A stretch of DNA of 46,867 nt, from assembly GCA_964640115.1 (NCBI GenBank), contig CAZXFK010000001.1:1-46867 (forward strand), read 5' to 3'. This document shows, in pieces, positions 1-9,297 of the stretch. Positions within the stretch are counted from its first letter, which is position 1. The number at the start of each line of letters is the position of its first letter. The notes under the pieces are model-generated. The model was given only the letters and a program-made list of their open reading frames with translations. It was not told the origin of the DNA and made no database searches. Position numbers and translations under genes: made by a program. The stretch is from an uncultured Gammaproteobacteria bacterium. GTDB taxonomy: Bacteria; Patescibacteriota; Patescibacteriia; 2-12-FULL-60-25.

Positions 1-74
1 CCCATTCGTAATTCGCGCAGATTTTAACCCTCCGAAGCTTTATGCGTAGGGGGTTCGTAATTCGTAATGTATTG

Positions 75-422
75 TTAGATTCCGAGATCCGCAAGATCTT
101 GATCGATCACCGAAGCTTCCTCGCTGCGAGGCGCTGTAGACTTTTGGTCTTGATGCGCTTGGCGAGCACCTTCCGGTTCGAAAATCTTGAGATTCACACG
201 AGCATTTTCTTTGGCTCCGACCGTTTTTAACAAAATACGGAGCGCGCGGGCGGTTTGACCTTGGCGGCCGATTACATAACCCATATCATCTTGATTGATG
301 TAAAGGGTAATGAGCACACCGCGCTCGTCAACTGTTCGTTCTGTACGAACATCATCCGGGTGATTCACAATGGACTTCACCAAGAATTCAATAAACTGCT
401 GGTCCTTAAACTCTTCTGCCAT
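75..422 (-). CDS. KH-domain RNA-binding protein (YlqC/UPF0109-like)
   Basis: The 115-aa ORF contains VIGRQGQTARALRILL, which fits the KH GXXG motif. It lies directly downstream of rpsP on the same strand, the conserved rpsP-KH order. Confidence 0.75.
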   Translation of the reverse strand: MAEEFKDQQFIEFLVKSIVNHPDDVRTERTVDERGVLITLYINQDDMGYVIGRQGQTARALRILLKTVGAKENARVNLKIFEPEGARQAHQDQKSTAPRSEEASVIDQDLADLGI

Positions 423-682
423 ATCGGCGAAATATCCGGACGTTCTATCGTATTCGCTGTTTCACAAATAACGACTACGCGCCTCGGATTCGAATTTTAC
501 AACTTGCTTTTTTTCACTTTTCATAAACCTCGCATGTTACATGTTACAGGTTCATTGATCATGTGTTAGTGCCGACAAGTTATTTTAAAGGTAATTAACT
601 TATTTTAAACAGCACCTATGTTTAAAATATAAGATCACTATACCGGCAAAACCGCAAAATGTCAATTGAAAGCCACAAAAGC

Positions 683-704
683 AAAAAAGAGCTTACGCTC
701 TTTT
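683..704 (-). terminator. Rho-independent terminator after rpsP
   Basis: Stem AGAGC/GCTCT with a 4-nt loop and an A/T tract, about 6 nt after the rpsP stop codon. Confidence 0.55.
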
Positions 705-709
705 ATTGT

Positions 710-1135
710 TTATTCTGTTGTTTCTTTAGCCTTTTCTTCAGCCTCCGGTTCGGTTTTAACTTCTTCTTTGGGTTCCTCTTTTACTTCTTCTTTCTTTTTC
801 GCGGCTTCAGCCTTAGCGGCTTCTTTGGCTTTATTGTTTTTAGCGATTTCTTCCCTGCGTTTGTTGGAAATCTTGATGGATTTGCGTTTTTCACCTTTCA
901 CAACTCCTTGATCAACCAATAAATTCCAAACCGTATTCGAACATTGCGCTCCCACGGAAATCCAATGAGTTATACGATCACTTTTTAAAGCAACGGTCGG
1001 TGGATTGGTTCTGGGATTGTAATGACCCAAAATTTCCAAAGCTTTACCCCAAGGATCACGTGATTTTTCGCAAACAATAAAACGATATTCAGGCTGTTTC
1101 TTTTTGCCGATACGGGTTAATCTAATGTGTAACAT
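710..1135 (-). CDS. rpsP: 30S ribosomal protein S16 with Lys/Glu-rich C-terminal tail
   Basis: The N-terminus MLHIRLTRIGKKKQPEYRFIV...HYNP is typical of S16. A low-complexity K/E/A tail of about 60 aa follows. Confidence 0.9.
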   Translation of the reverse strand: MLHIRLTRIGKKKQPEYRFIVCEKSRDPWGKALEILGHYNPRTNPPTVALKSDRITHWISVGAQCSNTVWNLLVDQGVVKGEKRKSIKISNKRREEIAKNNKAKEAAKAEAAKKKEEVKEEPKEEVKTEPEAEEKAKETTE

Positions 1136-1377
1136 TTTATTTATAATTATGAATTAAGAATTATGAATTAAGAATTATTAGTAGCCTCCGGCATTAAAAT
1201 ATATTAATATCACGAAGTGATACCTTCATTCATCATTCATAATTTATAATTTTTAATTGATCTTCTGTGTTACCAGGCACAAAAATCAAATTCGCGAGCA
1301 AGTGATGAGGCTTGACCGCCTCAATCGATGATTGCCACATCATAGTCAAAAACCCGTTTTTTGTCAATTCCCTTAGC

Positions 1378-1405
1378 AAAAAAGAGCAATTTTCTGCTCT
1401 TTTTT
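1378..1405. terminator. Bidirectional hairpin terminator downstream of trxA
   Basis: AAAAAAGAGCA-ATTTTC-TGCTCTTTTTT: a 6-bp stem flanked by an A-run and a T-run. Confidence 0.6.
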
Positions 1406-1431
1406 CAATACTAACGGCCGTAACTTACGTC

Positions 1432-1473
1432 TCGTGGCTAGTAGCTGGTGGCTAGTGGCTAGCAGCTAGTGGC
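1432..1473 (+). repeat. Heptamer tandem array, family A (TNGTNGC / CTRGTRG), 6 units
   Basis: tcgtggc tagtagc tggtggc tagtggc tagcagc tagtggc. The array abuts the trxA stop codon and lies between that stop and the terminator. Confidence 0.9.
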
Positions 1474-1791
1474 TTATAAGTTAGCCTCTATTTTAGCCTT
1501 AAGATCTTCTTTGGTCATTCCCCCAACAAATTGTTGAGCTACAGCACCGTTTTTAAACAATAACATAGTAGGAATGGACATAATACCGAATTGCCCGGCT
1601 TTGGCAGGATTTTCATCAACATTCAATTTACCGATTTTAACACGTCCTTCAAATTCACCCGCCAATTCGTCTATGATCGGAGCCATCATTTGGCAAGGTC
1701 CACACCAAGGAGCCCAAAAATCAACAAGCACAGGTATATCACCATTTAATGCTTCTTGGTCAAAATTATCGTCTGTAAATGCAAAACTCAT
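1474..1791 (-). CDS. trxA: Thioredoxin
   Basis: 105 aa with a WCGPC active site and typical thioredoxin length and fold signature. Confidence 0.92.
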   Translation of the reverse strand: MSFAFTDDNFDQEALNGDIPVLVDFWAPWCGPCQMMAPIIDELAGEFEGRVKIGKLNVDENPAKAGQFGIMSIPTMLLFKNGAVAQQFVGGMTKEDLKAKIEANL

Positions 1792-1800
1792 AAATTTAAA

Positions 1801-1828
1801 CGTATTTCGAATTTCGTATTTCGAATTT
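1801..1828 (+). repeat. Heptamer tandem array, family B (CGNNNTT), 4 units
   Basis: cgtattt cgaattt cgtattt cgaattt, located 10 nt from the trxA start codon. Confidence 0.85.
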
Positions 1829-1980
1829 CGCCTAACCTAAACTGATTCAATATAGTTATGGCAAAATACGAAATACTGTAAACAAAATACAAAATAATAA
1901 TCTTAATTCTCTAAGGATAGATAATCTTCAAAAAATACGCAACCCACTTAACAACAACTTATTAACAATAACCGAACCAT

Positions 1981-2046
1981 GCACAGATAAACACCCCGCA
2001 AAATTCACTTCGTTCATAAACGGGGCAAGTAAGGTTTATCCCTACA
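1981..2046. repeat. Hairpin element GCACAGATAAACAC...GGTTTATCCCTAC (copy A, with nested CCCCG/CGGGG hairpin)
   Basis: It shares both arms with the element at 27003-27031. Both copies lie upstream (on the plus strand) of a heptamer array: this one directly, the other about 55 nt away. Confidence 0.7.
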
Positions 2047-2052
2047 AATGAC

Positions 2053-2122
2053 CGTAATTCGTGGTTCGTGGTTCGTGGTTCGTAATTCGAGGTTTGTGAT
2101 TCGTGGTTCGAAATTCGAATTA
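2053..2122 (+). repeat. Heptamer tandem array, family B (CGNNNTT), 10 units
   Basis: cgtaatt cgtggtt x3 cgtaatt cgaggtt tgtgatt cgtggtt cgaaatt cgaatta. The array ends 2 nt from the infB stop codon. Confidence 0.9.
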
Positions 2123-2124
2123 AA

Positions 2125-4167
2125 CTACCTCGGTATTTCAACTTTTCTGGTTTTTGATTCTTCAGTGTAAATATCCAAACGATCTCCAACCTGAACTTTT
2201 TCTTTTCCATGATAAGAGATTCCGCATTCTTGACCGGCCATAACCTCTTTAACTTTTTCCTTGCCGATTTGCACAGATTCAATTTCTCCTTGGCCCATTG
2301 GCTGTTCTGCTTCACCATCTTTGCGCCAAACTATCAATTTTGCACCGGATTTTGCCATGCCATGTTTAATTTTGCATCCAAACACCATTCTGTCTTTCTC
2401 GGTTCTGAAAATGGCCACAACTTCAGCTTTTCCCAATTCGGTTCTAACCACTTCATCCGGAAGCATGGCATTTAATCTGACTAATACATCATCTATCAAT
2501 TCATAAATGATTTCATATGTCGCCAGTTTTACACCTTTCTCACGAGCCATCAAAGAAGCTTGAGTTGTTGCCACTGTGTTAAAACCGTAAATAACCGAAT
2601 TGCCATCCGTTTCCGCGGCTTCAATATCGCCTTCCGTAATATTTCCCAAACCTTTTTTAATCACTTCCACGGCAACCGCTTCATGTCTGATTTTATCCAA
2701 CATGCCCATGATAGCTTCGAGCGAACCCAGTACGTCGGCTTTTAAAATAATATTCAAAGTGGCTTTTTGCTTACTCTCACCATCATCTTCCTTAATGCTT
2801 TTAACCGACATGAATTGATTACCTGTTTGATAACCGGTTTTACCCTTGCGCTTCTCCAAATCTCGCCAATCAACCGGCACTTCAAAAACATCTCCGACCG
2901 AAGGCGCGGTTTTGAACCCCAAAACTTTCACCGGAGTTCCGGGTAATGCCGTTGCAACCGCATCACCTTTATAATCGCGCATGGCTTTTACTCTTCCGGC
3001 CAACTCACCACGCATTCCCAAATAGTCATTAAGCTTTAAAGTCCCGACTTGAACCAAAGCCGTTGCAACCGGACCGGTATTTTTATCAACGTGAGATTCA
3101 ATAATGGTTCCACTGGCCAACTGATCGGAATTACTGCGCAACGCCTCTTCGTTCAAATCGGCCAATAATAAAATCATTTCCAATAAATCATCTATACCTA
3201 TTCCTTCTTTGGCTGAAATTTTAACCATTGGCACATTGCCTCCCCAAGCTTCGGTTGTAACACCGGCTTCGGAAAGTTGCGCCAAAACACGATCCGGATC
3301 AGCCTCAGGTTTATCAATTTTATTTAAAGCGACAATAAATGGCAATTTGGCTGCTTTGATAATATCAATAACTTCTCTGGTTTGCGGTTGTACTCCGTCA
3401 TCGGCCGCTACAACCAAAATGGCTATATCGGCAACTTTGGCACCACGCGAACGCATAACCGTAAAAGCTTCGTGCCCCGGAGTATCGATAAAAGTTATTA
3501 AACGATTTTTACGAACAGCTTGATAAGCGCCAATATGCTGAGTTATTCCTCCGGTTTCTCCTTCAACCACATGCGTCCTGCGAATCGCATCCAAAGTTTT
3601 AGTTTTTCCATGATCCACATGTCCCATCACAACCACGACCGGCGGCCTTGGTGCGAATTCACCCTTGATATCATCTTGTATTTTGGCATGTAATCTATCT
3701 TCAGCCGCTTCGGCATCACGATTTTTTTCAACACCATCTTCTTTTAAGACAGCTTCAAAACCCAACTCATCGGCAATAATCGCCGCAGTTTCGAAATCCA
3801 ATCTTTCATTCTGCGAAGCCAAAATACCGGCTTTCATCAAAACCTGAATAACTCTGGTTACCGACAAATTCATTTTTCCGGCCAACTCACGCACAATAAT
3901 CACCGACGGAATTGTAATTTTCTTTTTTTGAATACCTGTTTCCGCATTGGTTCCCGGTTCATGAGCCAATTCCAATAATTGTCCGCGTAATCTTTCGCGT
4001 CTTTGCTCTTGCGTCCACTTCTTGAAAATCTGCTCGGCGGTTCGATTATCAAGCTTAACCGCGCGCGCACCGATATCAAAACCCAATTTGGGCAAACGCT
4101 CCAATAATTCTTGCGGCGTAACCTTTAAACGCCTGGCTAAATCACTTACATTCATAAAATGGAGCAT
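2125..4167 (-). CDS. infB: Translation initiation factor IF-2
   Basis: 680 aa with the GTPase motifs GHVDHGKT, DTPGH and NKID, plus IF-2 C-terminal domains. The true start could be the internal Met at 4155. Confidence 0.93.
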   Translation of the reverse strand: MLHFMNVSDLARRLKVTPQELLERLPKLGFDIGARAVKLDNRTAEQIFKKWTQEQRRERLRGQLLELAHEPGTNAETGIQKKKITIPSVIIVRELAGKMNLSVTRVIQVLMKAGILASQNERLDFETAAIIADELGFEAVLKEDGVEKNRDAEAAEDRLHAKIQDDIKGEFAPRPPVVVVMGHVDHGKTKTLDAIRRTHVVEGETGGITQHIGAYQAVRKNRLITFIDTPGHEAFTVMRSRGAKVADIAILVVAADDGVQPQTREVIDIIKAAKLPFIVALNKIDKPEADPDRVLAQLSEAGVTTEAWGGNVPMVKISAKEGIGIDDLLEMILLLADLNEEALRSNSDQLASGTIIESHVDKNTGPVATALVQVGTLKLNDYLGMRGELAGRVKAMRDYKGDAVATALPGTPVKVLGFKTAPSVGDVFEVPVDWRDLEKRKGKTGYQTGNQFMSVKSIKEDDGESKQKATLNIILKADVLGSLEAIMGMLDKIRHEAVAVEVIKKGLGNITEGDIEAAETDGNSVIYGFNTVATTQASLMAREKGVKLATYEIIYELIDDVLVRLNAMLPDEVVRTELGKAEVVAIFRTEKDRMVFGCKIKHGMAKSGAKLIVWRKDGEAEQPMGQGEIESVQIGKEKVKEVMAGQECGISYHGKEKVQVGDRLDIYTEESKTRKVEIPR

Positions 4168-4253
4168 AGTAAATTTTGGCTAAAAAGTCAAGAAAAAAAC
4201 CGCTGTAAAGCGGTAAGAGCCAAAAAGAACAATTTATCCTGAAATGATGTGCC

Positions 4254-4793
4254 TTAAGCCATTCGACAGTTTTCACCGTCCCAGATAAATGGCTTATCCG
4301 AGTGTTTTTTTCTGCCTTTCATGTCACAACAAGCCACCGCCCACTCTAGTTTGGCTTCAGTGATATACATCACTTTTGCCAAGCCCGACCAGCGTCTTTT
4401 ATCGGATTCTTTCAGTTCGAACAGATTTACCCGCGAACCCTTGCGGATAATCTTACGGCACACCGGACAAAGCGGACCAACTTCCAGTATCAACTTCTCG
4501 AAAAAACATTTTGGACAATTAAGTCTTTCCCTGTGTCCGTAGATTCTGGGATGCAAACCGTAATGATCAAAGACTACAACGTCTTCAAAGATACCGATAT
4601 TTGCCAGCAAATTTCTTTTTGCCAGCGGTGCCAATAAGACTCTCGGCGGACGATAAATGTTGACCAAATCTCCTCCATGTCCGCAGGAATACTTGGGTCG
4701 GCTTTTGCCGTTCATGTATTCCAAACGCGACAAAAGAACAAACAGTCCACCTTGCTTATCCAAACTATCCAATGCGGGGAAAACCGGTTTCAT
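4254..4793 (-). CDS. Hypothetical protein with CxxC...CxxC zinc-ribbon-like motif
   Basis: A strong AAGGAGG lies 9 nt upstream of the ATG. The motif is CPKCFFEKLILEVGPLCPVC. No family recognised. Confidence 0.45.
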   Translation of the reverse strand: MKPVFPALDSLDKQGGLFVLLSRLEYMNGKSRPKYSCGHGGDLVNIYRPPRVLLAPLAKRNLLANIGIFEDVVVFDHYGLHPRIYGHRERLNCPKCFFEKLILEVGPLCPVCRKIIRKGSRVNLFELKESDKRRWSGLAKVMYITEAKLEWAVACCDMKGRKKHSDKPFIWDGENCRMA

Positions 4794-4913
4794 CACGCAG
4801 AACCTCCTTAATTTAGGAATGCCCGCTCATTAAGACACAAATCACCAATCACGTCAACCCGCTAACTTTTCAAAAATCAACTACAAAAAAACAAATAATA
4901 AAAATTAACTACT

Positions 4914-5017
4914 CCACTCGCTTTATTATTTATTATTTTTTATTTGTTATTTAATGAAAGTACCACTCGCTTTATTATTTATAACTTTATTATTTGTTAT
5001 TTATGATTTGTTATTTA
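4914..5017 (+). repeat. 49-bp direct repeat (CCACTCGCTTTATTATTT...) filled with TTATTTG/TTATTTA heptamers (family D)
   Basis: CCACTCGCTTTATTATTTAT occurs at 4914 and 4963, followed each time by 7-bp periodic AT-rich units. Confidence 0.8.
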
Positions 5018-5247
5018 CTTCAGCATGAAACACTAAGCTCTATTTTCCATGTTCTAAACTACCTCCTGCGCCTAAGCTTCGGTGGGCACGCATGGTTCGA
5101 GGTTCATAATTCAAGGTTCGTGGTTCAATCTTTATTATTTGTTATTTATCCCGCATCAATTACTTAATATATCAAATGTATGCGGGATCCCGCCAAAGGC
5201 GGTGATTATTTGTTAATTGGTATTGTATATTTGTTATTTCCCGCTTA

Positions 5248-5931
5248 TTGTTCTATGCTTTCAATATTATGACACCGGAACTCGATTTATTATTACTCGT
5301 CAATAAACCCGCCGACATGACTTCGCATGATGTTGTAAATATCATCCGCAAAAAATACAATATACGCCGAGTTGGGCACGGAGGCACTTTGGATCCATTC
5401 GCAACGGGATTGCTTATAATCGGCATCGGCAAAGCGACTAAAAAACTCACAGACATAGTCGGTCTCGACAAAACCTACGAAGCAACAGCCATACTTGGTG
5501 CCACCTCTGACACTTACGATCTAACGGGGGAGATCGTCAAACGTCAAACGTCTAACGTCCCAAGTCAGGAGGAAATCGAAAAAGTGATGGAAAATTTCCG
5601 CGGTACCATCGAACAAAAAGCACCGGCTTATTCAGCCAAAAAAGTCGGCGGAAAAAAACTCTATGCACTCGCACGTGCCGGCGAAAATGTCGAACACCTG
5701 CGTCCAACCAAAAAAGTGGATATTACTGAACTTGTTATCACAGATTACAACTTCCCAACCTTAAAATTCCGTGTCACCTGCTCTTCCGGAACTTACATCC
5801 GTTCACTTGCCAATGACATCGGCGAAGCTTTGAGCTGCGGCGCTTATCTCTCGGAACTGAAACGAACCCGCATCGGACAATACAAACTCGAAGATGGTCT
5901 GAATTTTGACCAAGTCCCACGAAGCTTTTAG
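5248..5931 (+). CDS. truB: tRNA pseudouridine(55) synthase TruB
   Basis: VGHGGTLDPFATGLL contains the catalytic Asp motif. The start may be the Met at 5269. Confidence 0.88.
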   Translation: MFYAFNIMTPELDLLLLVNKPADMTSHDVVNIIRKKYNIRRVGHGGTLDPFATGLLIIGIGKATKKLTDIVGLDKTYEATAILGATSDTYDLTGEIVKRQTSNVPSQEEIEKVMENFRGTIEQKAPAYSAKKVGGKKLYALARAGENVEHLRPTKKVDITELVITDYNFPTLKFRVTCSSGTYIRSLANDIGEALSCGAYLSELKRTRIGQYKLEDGLNFDQVPRSF

Positions 5932-6046
5932 CGAAATGGGATACTCTCGATTCTCGATCATATTAACTTGATTATTACTCTACTTTTCGAAAATAAAATA
6001 ATAATCGTGTTAATCCGCCAAATCCCACAAATCATGGTTCAGACAG

Positions 6047-6075
6047 TTGACACTTAGCTCTTTTTCTGATATAAA
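6047..6075 (+). promoter_or_regulatory. Sigma70-like promoter (TTGACA-17-TATAAA)
   Basis: Consensus -35, a 17-nt spacer and an AT-rich -10, about 40 nt upstream of the GTG start at 6117. Confidence 0.5.
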
Positions 6076-6116
6076 AACAAATCCCGAACATTCACATTAA
6101 AACAACGAGGTGAAAC

Positions 6117-6692
6117 GTGAATACTCCTGAAAATTCACATAATTCAATACTCCCCCGTACCTGGGGTCGAGAGTGGTTCTTGATCCGCGATAAAGAAATC
6201 CAAAAGAAACTGACAGCATCCGATCTTTGGTTCTCTCTCGGAGTCTTGCTGGCAATCCTATCTTCTTTGGTGTGCGGTATCCAATCATTAATCAGATTGG
6301 ATGGCATTAGCGGAGAATTGTTTGCTTACATGTTTGCCATGTTCTCTGCAATGTTTACATTTATTTTCTCTTGTTCTTTAAAATGTATGAGTCGCGAAAT
6401 TCTCCGCCCCTTCTATTTCTCCCGTTTGGCAAAAAAAACAAACGGGGATCGCGATAGCAAGATGGAAGCCTTCAAAAATATCATTCCTGAAGCAAAATAC
6501 CGCGTCGCCTCGTTTCCGCCCCTTAATGACGCAAAGCAGATTCGCGCACTCCTTGATTCAAACCGCCCGCTCTCCCGCAAGCAAAAATCAGAAGCTGAAG
6601 CGGTTCTCGAAGCTCAAGCAAAAGCTGAAGAAGCTGAAGCTTACGCCAAGCTGGCCCAAGCTCAAATTCAGACCAACTCAGAAGCCTCCTAA
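6117..6692 (+). CDS. Hypothetical membrane protein with Ala/Glu-rich C-terminal helix
   Basis: GAGGTG Shine-Dalgarno sequence before a GTG start. Two hydrophobic segments. No family recognised. Confidence 0.5.
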   Translation: MNTPENSHNSILPRTWGREWFLIRDKEIQKKLTASDLWFSLGVLLAILSSLVCGIQSLIRLDGISGELFAYMFAMFSAMFTFIFSCSLKCMSREILRPFYFSRLAKKTNGDRDSKMEAFKNIIPEAKYRVASFPPLNDAKQIRALLDSNRPLSRKQKSEAEAVLEAQAKAEEAEAYAKLAQAQIQTNSEAS

Positions 6693-6805
6693 AATGGAGG
6701 TCTTTTAATTTCTGACAACAAAACAGTAAACAACAACAACTTGATTTTTCCGAGTAGTGTGCTATTTTGATAATAAACGCACTTTCACAGAAACGAGCAA
6801 AGAAA

Positions 6806-7111
6806 ATGACAAAAGAGAACAACAAACCAACAAGTACTAATCAGCAATTTCTCGACTTTCTATTAAATATTACATTATATATTACATTGTTTTCCGTAAT
6901 CATCGGTTTTATTGTTATTTTCAACCATACTGATATTTTTCAGAACATATTAATGACTGCATTTGGTTTATTATGGCCCATGATAACGATAATAAATGTA
7001 ATAATCATGGCATGCTGGACATTTCTGATAGTCAGCATTTTAATAAAATTCATTCTCAAAACCATCTTGCTTTTTGTAGAAAAATGGAAAATTTTCGCTC
7101 CAATAAAGTAA
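6806..7111 (+). CDS. Hypothetical small membrane protein
   Basis: Three hydrophobic helices, followed by a terminator. The start is uncertain (ORF opens at 6767). Confidence 0.45.
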   Translation: MTKENNKPTSTNQQFLDFLLNITLYITLFSVIIGFIVIFNHTDIFQNILMTAFGLLWPMITIINVIIMACWTFLIVSILIKFILKTILLFVEKWKIFAPIK

Positions 7112-7125
7112 ACCCATCATTCTCC

Positions 7126-7150
7126 AACTTCCTGCAAACGGAAGTTTTTT
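7126..7150 (+). terminator. Rho-independent terminator
   Basis: AACTTCC-TGCAAAC-GGAAGTT followed by TTTT. Confidence 0.65.
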
Positions 7151-7492
7151 ACTTTATTGCCAAAATCAAAGTTTCCTGCTACATTATTTGAGCAGTAATT
7201 AACGTTATTAACCGTCTCGGATGCACTTGTTCGCCTTGTAATCAATGAATCAATATTTACGGTTTCTCTAGATTGCGGCTGTTCGAAACCAACTTAACGA
7301 AATTCGAAATCATTCGAATATTCCGGAGATGAATATCTCCCAAATCCACAGAAGATGCAACAACCGCCAAACGCCAAACGGCGCATTGGCATCATTTTGG
7401 AAGAATTTGATGTATATTTGGCCACATAATCGTAAAGTAAAACCGTAAGATTTTTGTACAAACGAACAAACATTCCGAGCGTATAAATTATT

Positions 7493-9025
7493 ATGTACGC
7501 ATTTATAGCGTTGGCATTTGGTCTTGCGGCCGGATACGGCATAGCCGCATTCGTCTATCAGCAAAAAGCCAAATCAGCCAAGCTTTCCATTGAGGAAGCA
7601 CAAGAAAAAGCGCAAAAAATTCTTAAAGAAGCCGAAACCAAAGAGGCTGATGTCATGGTTCGCGCCAAAGACAAAGCCATCAAAATTTTGGAAGATGCCC
7701 GTGTAGAAGAAAAAAAAGCTTTAGAAGATCTGAAAAAACAACAAAAAGAACTGAACGAACGCGAAAATTCCGTATCCAAAAAAATGCTGGATATCGACGA
7801 CCTGAAAAAATCTTTGGATGTCAAAGCCTCGGATTTGGAAAGTAATCTCGCCGCGGTTGAAGTCATGAAATTGGAAGAGAGCAAAAAATTAGAAGAAGTG
7901 GCCGGCTTAACTCAAGAACAAGCTGTGGAACGCATGCTCTCTTTGGTTGAAGAACAACATCAAGATACTTTAATGAGCCGTGTTCGCAAATTGGAACAAT
8001 TGGAGTCCGACGAAATCGAACGCAAAGCTCGCAACATTTTGGGCGTTACCATTCAACGCATCGCCGCTTCACATGTTACCGAAACAACAACCACAAATGT
8101 CGAACTTCCCAATGACGAGATGAAAGGCCGTATTATCGGACGTGAAGGCAGAAATATCAAAACAATCGAACAACTTACCGGTTGCGAACTTATCATCGAC
8201 GACACACCCAACATGATCACGGTCGCCGGTTTCTCCCCCATCCGCCGACAAGTGGCCAGCCGTTCGCTCACCAAGCTTATTGCCGATGGACGTATCCACC
8301 CCGGGCGCATCGAAGAAGCTGTGGACGAAGCCAAAAAAGAATTACAGCTTGATATCAAAAAAGCCGGCGAAGACGCCTTGTTTCAACTTGGCATTTCCAT
8401 GGCCGGTATTGATCCCAAGCTTGTGCAAATTTTAGGCCGTCTCAAATACCGCACTTCCTACGGTCAAAATATTCTTCAGCACTCCATCGAGGTTTCGCTT
8501 ATAGCCACAGCCTTGGCCGAAGAACTTGGCGCTGATGTTGCGGTTTGTAAAAAAGGCGGATTATTTCACGATATCGGCAAAGCCGTAGATCACGATTTGC
8601 AGGGAGGCCATCCTGAATTGGGCGTACAAATTCTTAAAAAATTCGGTTTCCCCGAAGAAATCTGGTATCAATCCATCGGTCATCATGAAGATAAACCCAA
8701 AACCTTGGAAGCCGTCATTGTTAAAGCCGCGGATGCCATCAGCGGAGCCCGCCCCGGCGCACGCAAAGATACTTTGGAGCAATACGTTAAACGTTTGGAA
8801 GAATTGGAAAATGTCGCCAAAGGCTTCGAGGGCATCGAAAGAGTTTATGCCATTCAAGCCGGCCGCGAAATCCGCGTGTTCGTAAACCCCATGTCCATCG
8901 ATGATTTCAACGCCACATCTTTGGCCCGCAATATCGCCAAAAAAATCGAGTCCGAACTCAAATACCCCGGCGAAATCAAAGTCACCCTGATCCGCGAAAC
9001 CAGAATCACCGAGTACGCCAGATAA
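7493..9025 (+). CDS. rny: Ribonuclease Y
   Basis: N-terminal transmembrane helix, coiled coil, KH domain (IIGREGRNIKTIE) and HD domain (LFHDIGKA...GHHE). 510 aa. Confidence 0.93.
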   Translation: MYAFIALAFGLAAGYGIAAFVYQQKAKSAKLSIEEAQEKAQKILKEAETKEADVMVRAKDKAIKILEDARVEEKKALEDLKKQQKELNERENSVSKKMLDIDDLKKSLDVKASDLESNLAAVEVMKLEESKKLEEVAGLTQEQAVERMLSLVEEQHQDTLMSRVRKLEQLESDEIERKARNILGVTIQRIAASHVTETTTTNVELPNDEMKGRIIGREGRNIKTIEQLTGCELIIDDTPNMITVAGFSPIRRQVASRSLTKLIADGRIHPGRIEEAVDEAKKELQLDIKKAGEDALFQLGISMAGIDPKLVQILGRLKYRTSYGQNILQHSIEVSLIATALAEELGADVAVCKKGGLFHDIGKAVDHDLQGGHPELGVQILKKFGFPEEIWYQSIGHHEDKPKTLEAVIVKAADAISGARPGARKDTLEQYVKRLEELENVAKGFEGIERVYAIQAGREIRVFVNPMSIDDFNATSLARNIAKKIESELKYPGEIKVTLIRETRITEYAR

Positions 9026-9053
9026 ATCCCCCAATCCCGCCACGGCGGGATAT

Positions 9054-9077
9054 CCCCCTTTTCTAAAGGGGGTTTTT
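9054..9077 (+). terminator. Rho-independent terminator after rny (GC-clamp hairpin family)
   Basis: CCCCCTTT-TCT-AAAGGGGG followed by TTTTT. It is preceded by a second hairpin, ATCCCGCC-AC-GGCGGGAT. Confidence 0.75.
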
Positions 9078-9213
9078 AGTATTTAAGTATTAACTCACTC
9101 TAAATCTCTCTCTTAAAATAAGAGAGAGACTTGTTAACAAAGTTAACTTTAGTTAACTTGGCAATTTGCAGCCCCTCTCTTGCATTAAGAGAGGGGGAAG
9201 GGGGTGAGTTAAT

Positions 9214-9289
9214 CCGTTACACCGTTACGACGTTATAAACGTTACGACATGACGACGTTATTGCCGTTACTCCGTTACAACGTTATACT
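9214..9289 (+). repeat. Degenerate ~8-bp tandem array (CCGTTACN / ACGTTATN), family E
   Basis: ccgttaca ccgttacg acgttata ... ccgttaca acgttata. The array ends 9 nt before the TrmB-like start codon. Confidence 0.8.
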
Positions 9290-9297
9290 ATATCCAT

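Noticed and set aside
1962-2318. Minus-strand 118-aa ORF overlapping the infB 3' end and the heptamer array.
   Set aside because: It is out of frame with infB, and its translation of the heptamer repeats (NHELR, TTNHE) is a repeat artefact.
8561-9043. Minus-strand 160-aa ORF and other antisense ORFs inside rny, infB, ileS, polX and the kinase gene.
   Set aside because: They are nested antisense within genes that have clear conserved-domain translations and are treated as shadow ORFs.
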